From Felis catus (lineage: Eukaryota): a DNA stretch of 64,000 nucleotides. The notes beneath the pieces were generated by a model. That model saw nothing but the letters and a program-made list of their open reading frames with translations, made no database searches and was not told where the DNA came from. The translations under genes and the position numbers were made by a program. Below are positions 62,631-64,000 of the stretch, one piece after another. The DNA is taken from assembly GCF_018350175.1 (NCBI RefSeq), contig NC_058368.1, forward strand, positions 130,450,001 to 130,514,000. Direction: 5' to 3'. The first letter of the stretch is position 1. The number at the start of each line of letters is the position of its first letter.

Positions 62631-64000
62631 CTGATTTTAAAGTGTCATATATGCCACTCAAATAGGTGCCAAAAATTCTTCACTAGAAACCCACTTCCTG
62701 ATTTTGAGGAGTTTCTAACCTAATTGATTCTTAGAACTTTATAGCAATGAAATAAGTTAAAATGTTTTAAACTTGTTATTCTGAATAATCATTAAGAGGT
62801 TACTTGGTTTCATTTATATATATTTTTTAACCTATAAACGAGTAAGTGACAAAGTTTTCTTTGGCCACAGAGTTAACATGCCATCTTTAATTTTTCTGTC
62901 TTTTCATGAAAATGAGGTCCTTCTTGATATTCCAACTATTAAAATAATTCCCCTAATCCCCCAGTTCTAAATCCCATGGGTTTGCACACACTTGTTTTTG
63001 TGATACCGTATTTCCCATTTTATTCAGCCTTCTGTTGATTTAATTACATCTTGTTTTGTTTATCAGGGATATGGTATATCATCAGTAGATGAACTTGCCT
63101 TGTATACTTATCTAGTAATTTATATAGGATAAAATATGGTTCAATAGTCTCTGCCAGTCCTAAACACAGGGGTTTAGACTTCCAAGATTGTCTGATCCAA
63201 AGTATTTTTTTTTATCATCATGGAGGACCCTCTAAAACTCTGGTAATCCCTTCCCCTTCTTTCTGGCTAATGATTTTGAAAGACCAGAGTCTGAGTTTTG
63301 AATTATGAAGTAAAATATTACTCATCGAGGGGACATAGTCTTCCATAATTATAATTGATAACCATGTCATTTTTTTTTTTTTTTTTTAGAAAAACCTCTT
63401 CCTGATTCCATGAGAAAATAAAGGATTAAGGAAAAGTCAGTCTTTGACAACTGGGACCCACATGCAGATAGTTTACTAGTAGCTTAAGAGTGTTGCTCCC
63501 TTGTTGAATGGAAGAATTCTTTCTCCTTCAGCTCAGCAGTAAAATCTGTAGAGGATTTGTTGCTCGTTATTTGTCACTTTTAGTAACACATAAAGCTGTG
63601 GTTGTTTTATGAAAAAAAAAGGCCTGTAGATTCAGGAATTCTGATTTGTATCTTAAAATTTTGATTCTTAAAACTAAGCCATCCTACTATATTCATTTAA
63701 TACACATGAGATTCCTGTATGCAGGGGTAGGAATGCTTGAAATATAACAACACAAAGTATTGAATGCATGAAAATTTGTAGATCGATTCATATATGGAGA
63801 AGAATTTGTGTTTTATTTTCCCAAACCAGAAATGTGTGGTATTGTGGAAATGCAATATTCACTAAGTTACTTAACCAACCATATCCTCTGTTTAACTGAA
63901 AATAGAAAATAATTCTAATATGTATTTGATGGGATTTTATGAGGAGTAAATAAAGTAAATCAAAGGAAGTTATTAACCACAGTACCAAGTACATAATAAT

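Noticed and set aside
1..64000. Host protein-coding gene, CRISPR array or prokaryotic system
   Set aside because: No recognisable host exon chain and no repeat-spacer array; all long ORFs are retroelement-derived and the DNA is mammalian

Overview
Mammalian genomic DNA, almost certainly felid, judged by feliform-type Can-SINEs (SINEC_Fc-like) and cat-type L1. It is AT-rich, dominated by transposable elements, and I recognise no host protein-coding exon. The main structure is an ancient, degenerate class III (spuma-related, HERV-S/ERV-L-like) provirus at ~4010-18445. It has both LTRs, a tRNA-Arg PBS, gag-pro-RT-RNaseH-IN remnants and a gamma-type env, plus an old ~1.55 kb tandem duplication of integrase and 5' env. 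A young full-length L1 (6912-12848, minus strand, 15-bp TSD) sits in its pol gene; ORF1 is intact and ORF2 is broken only by a +1 frameshift in the C-terminal CCHC motif. Also present are a separate ERV3/HERV-E-type env-TM + LTR remnant, a twin-primed (5'-inverted) L1 carrying a templated-insertion repair scar, a four-level nested L1/SINE complex (41.7-52 kb), MaLR and ERV1 LTRs, about 22 SINEs and several microsatellites. I found no convincing new biological system. The best leads are the env-bearing Arg-primed class III provirus with its IN-env duplication and the near-intact L1. Family names and identities are judged by eye, without database searches.
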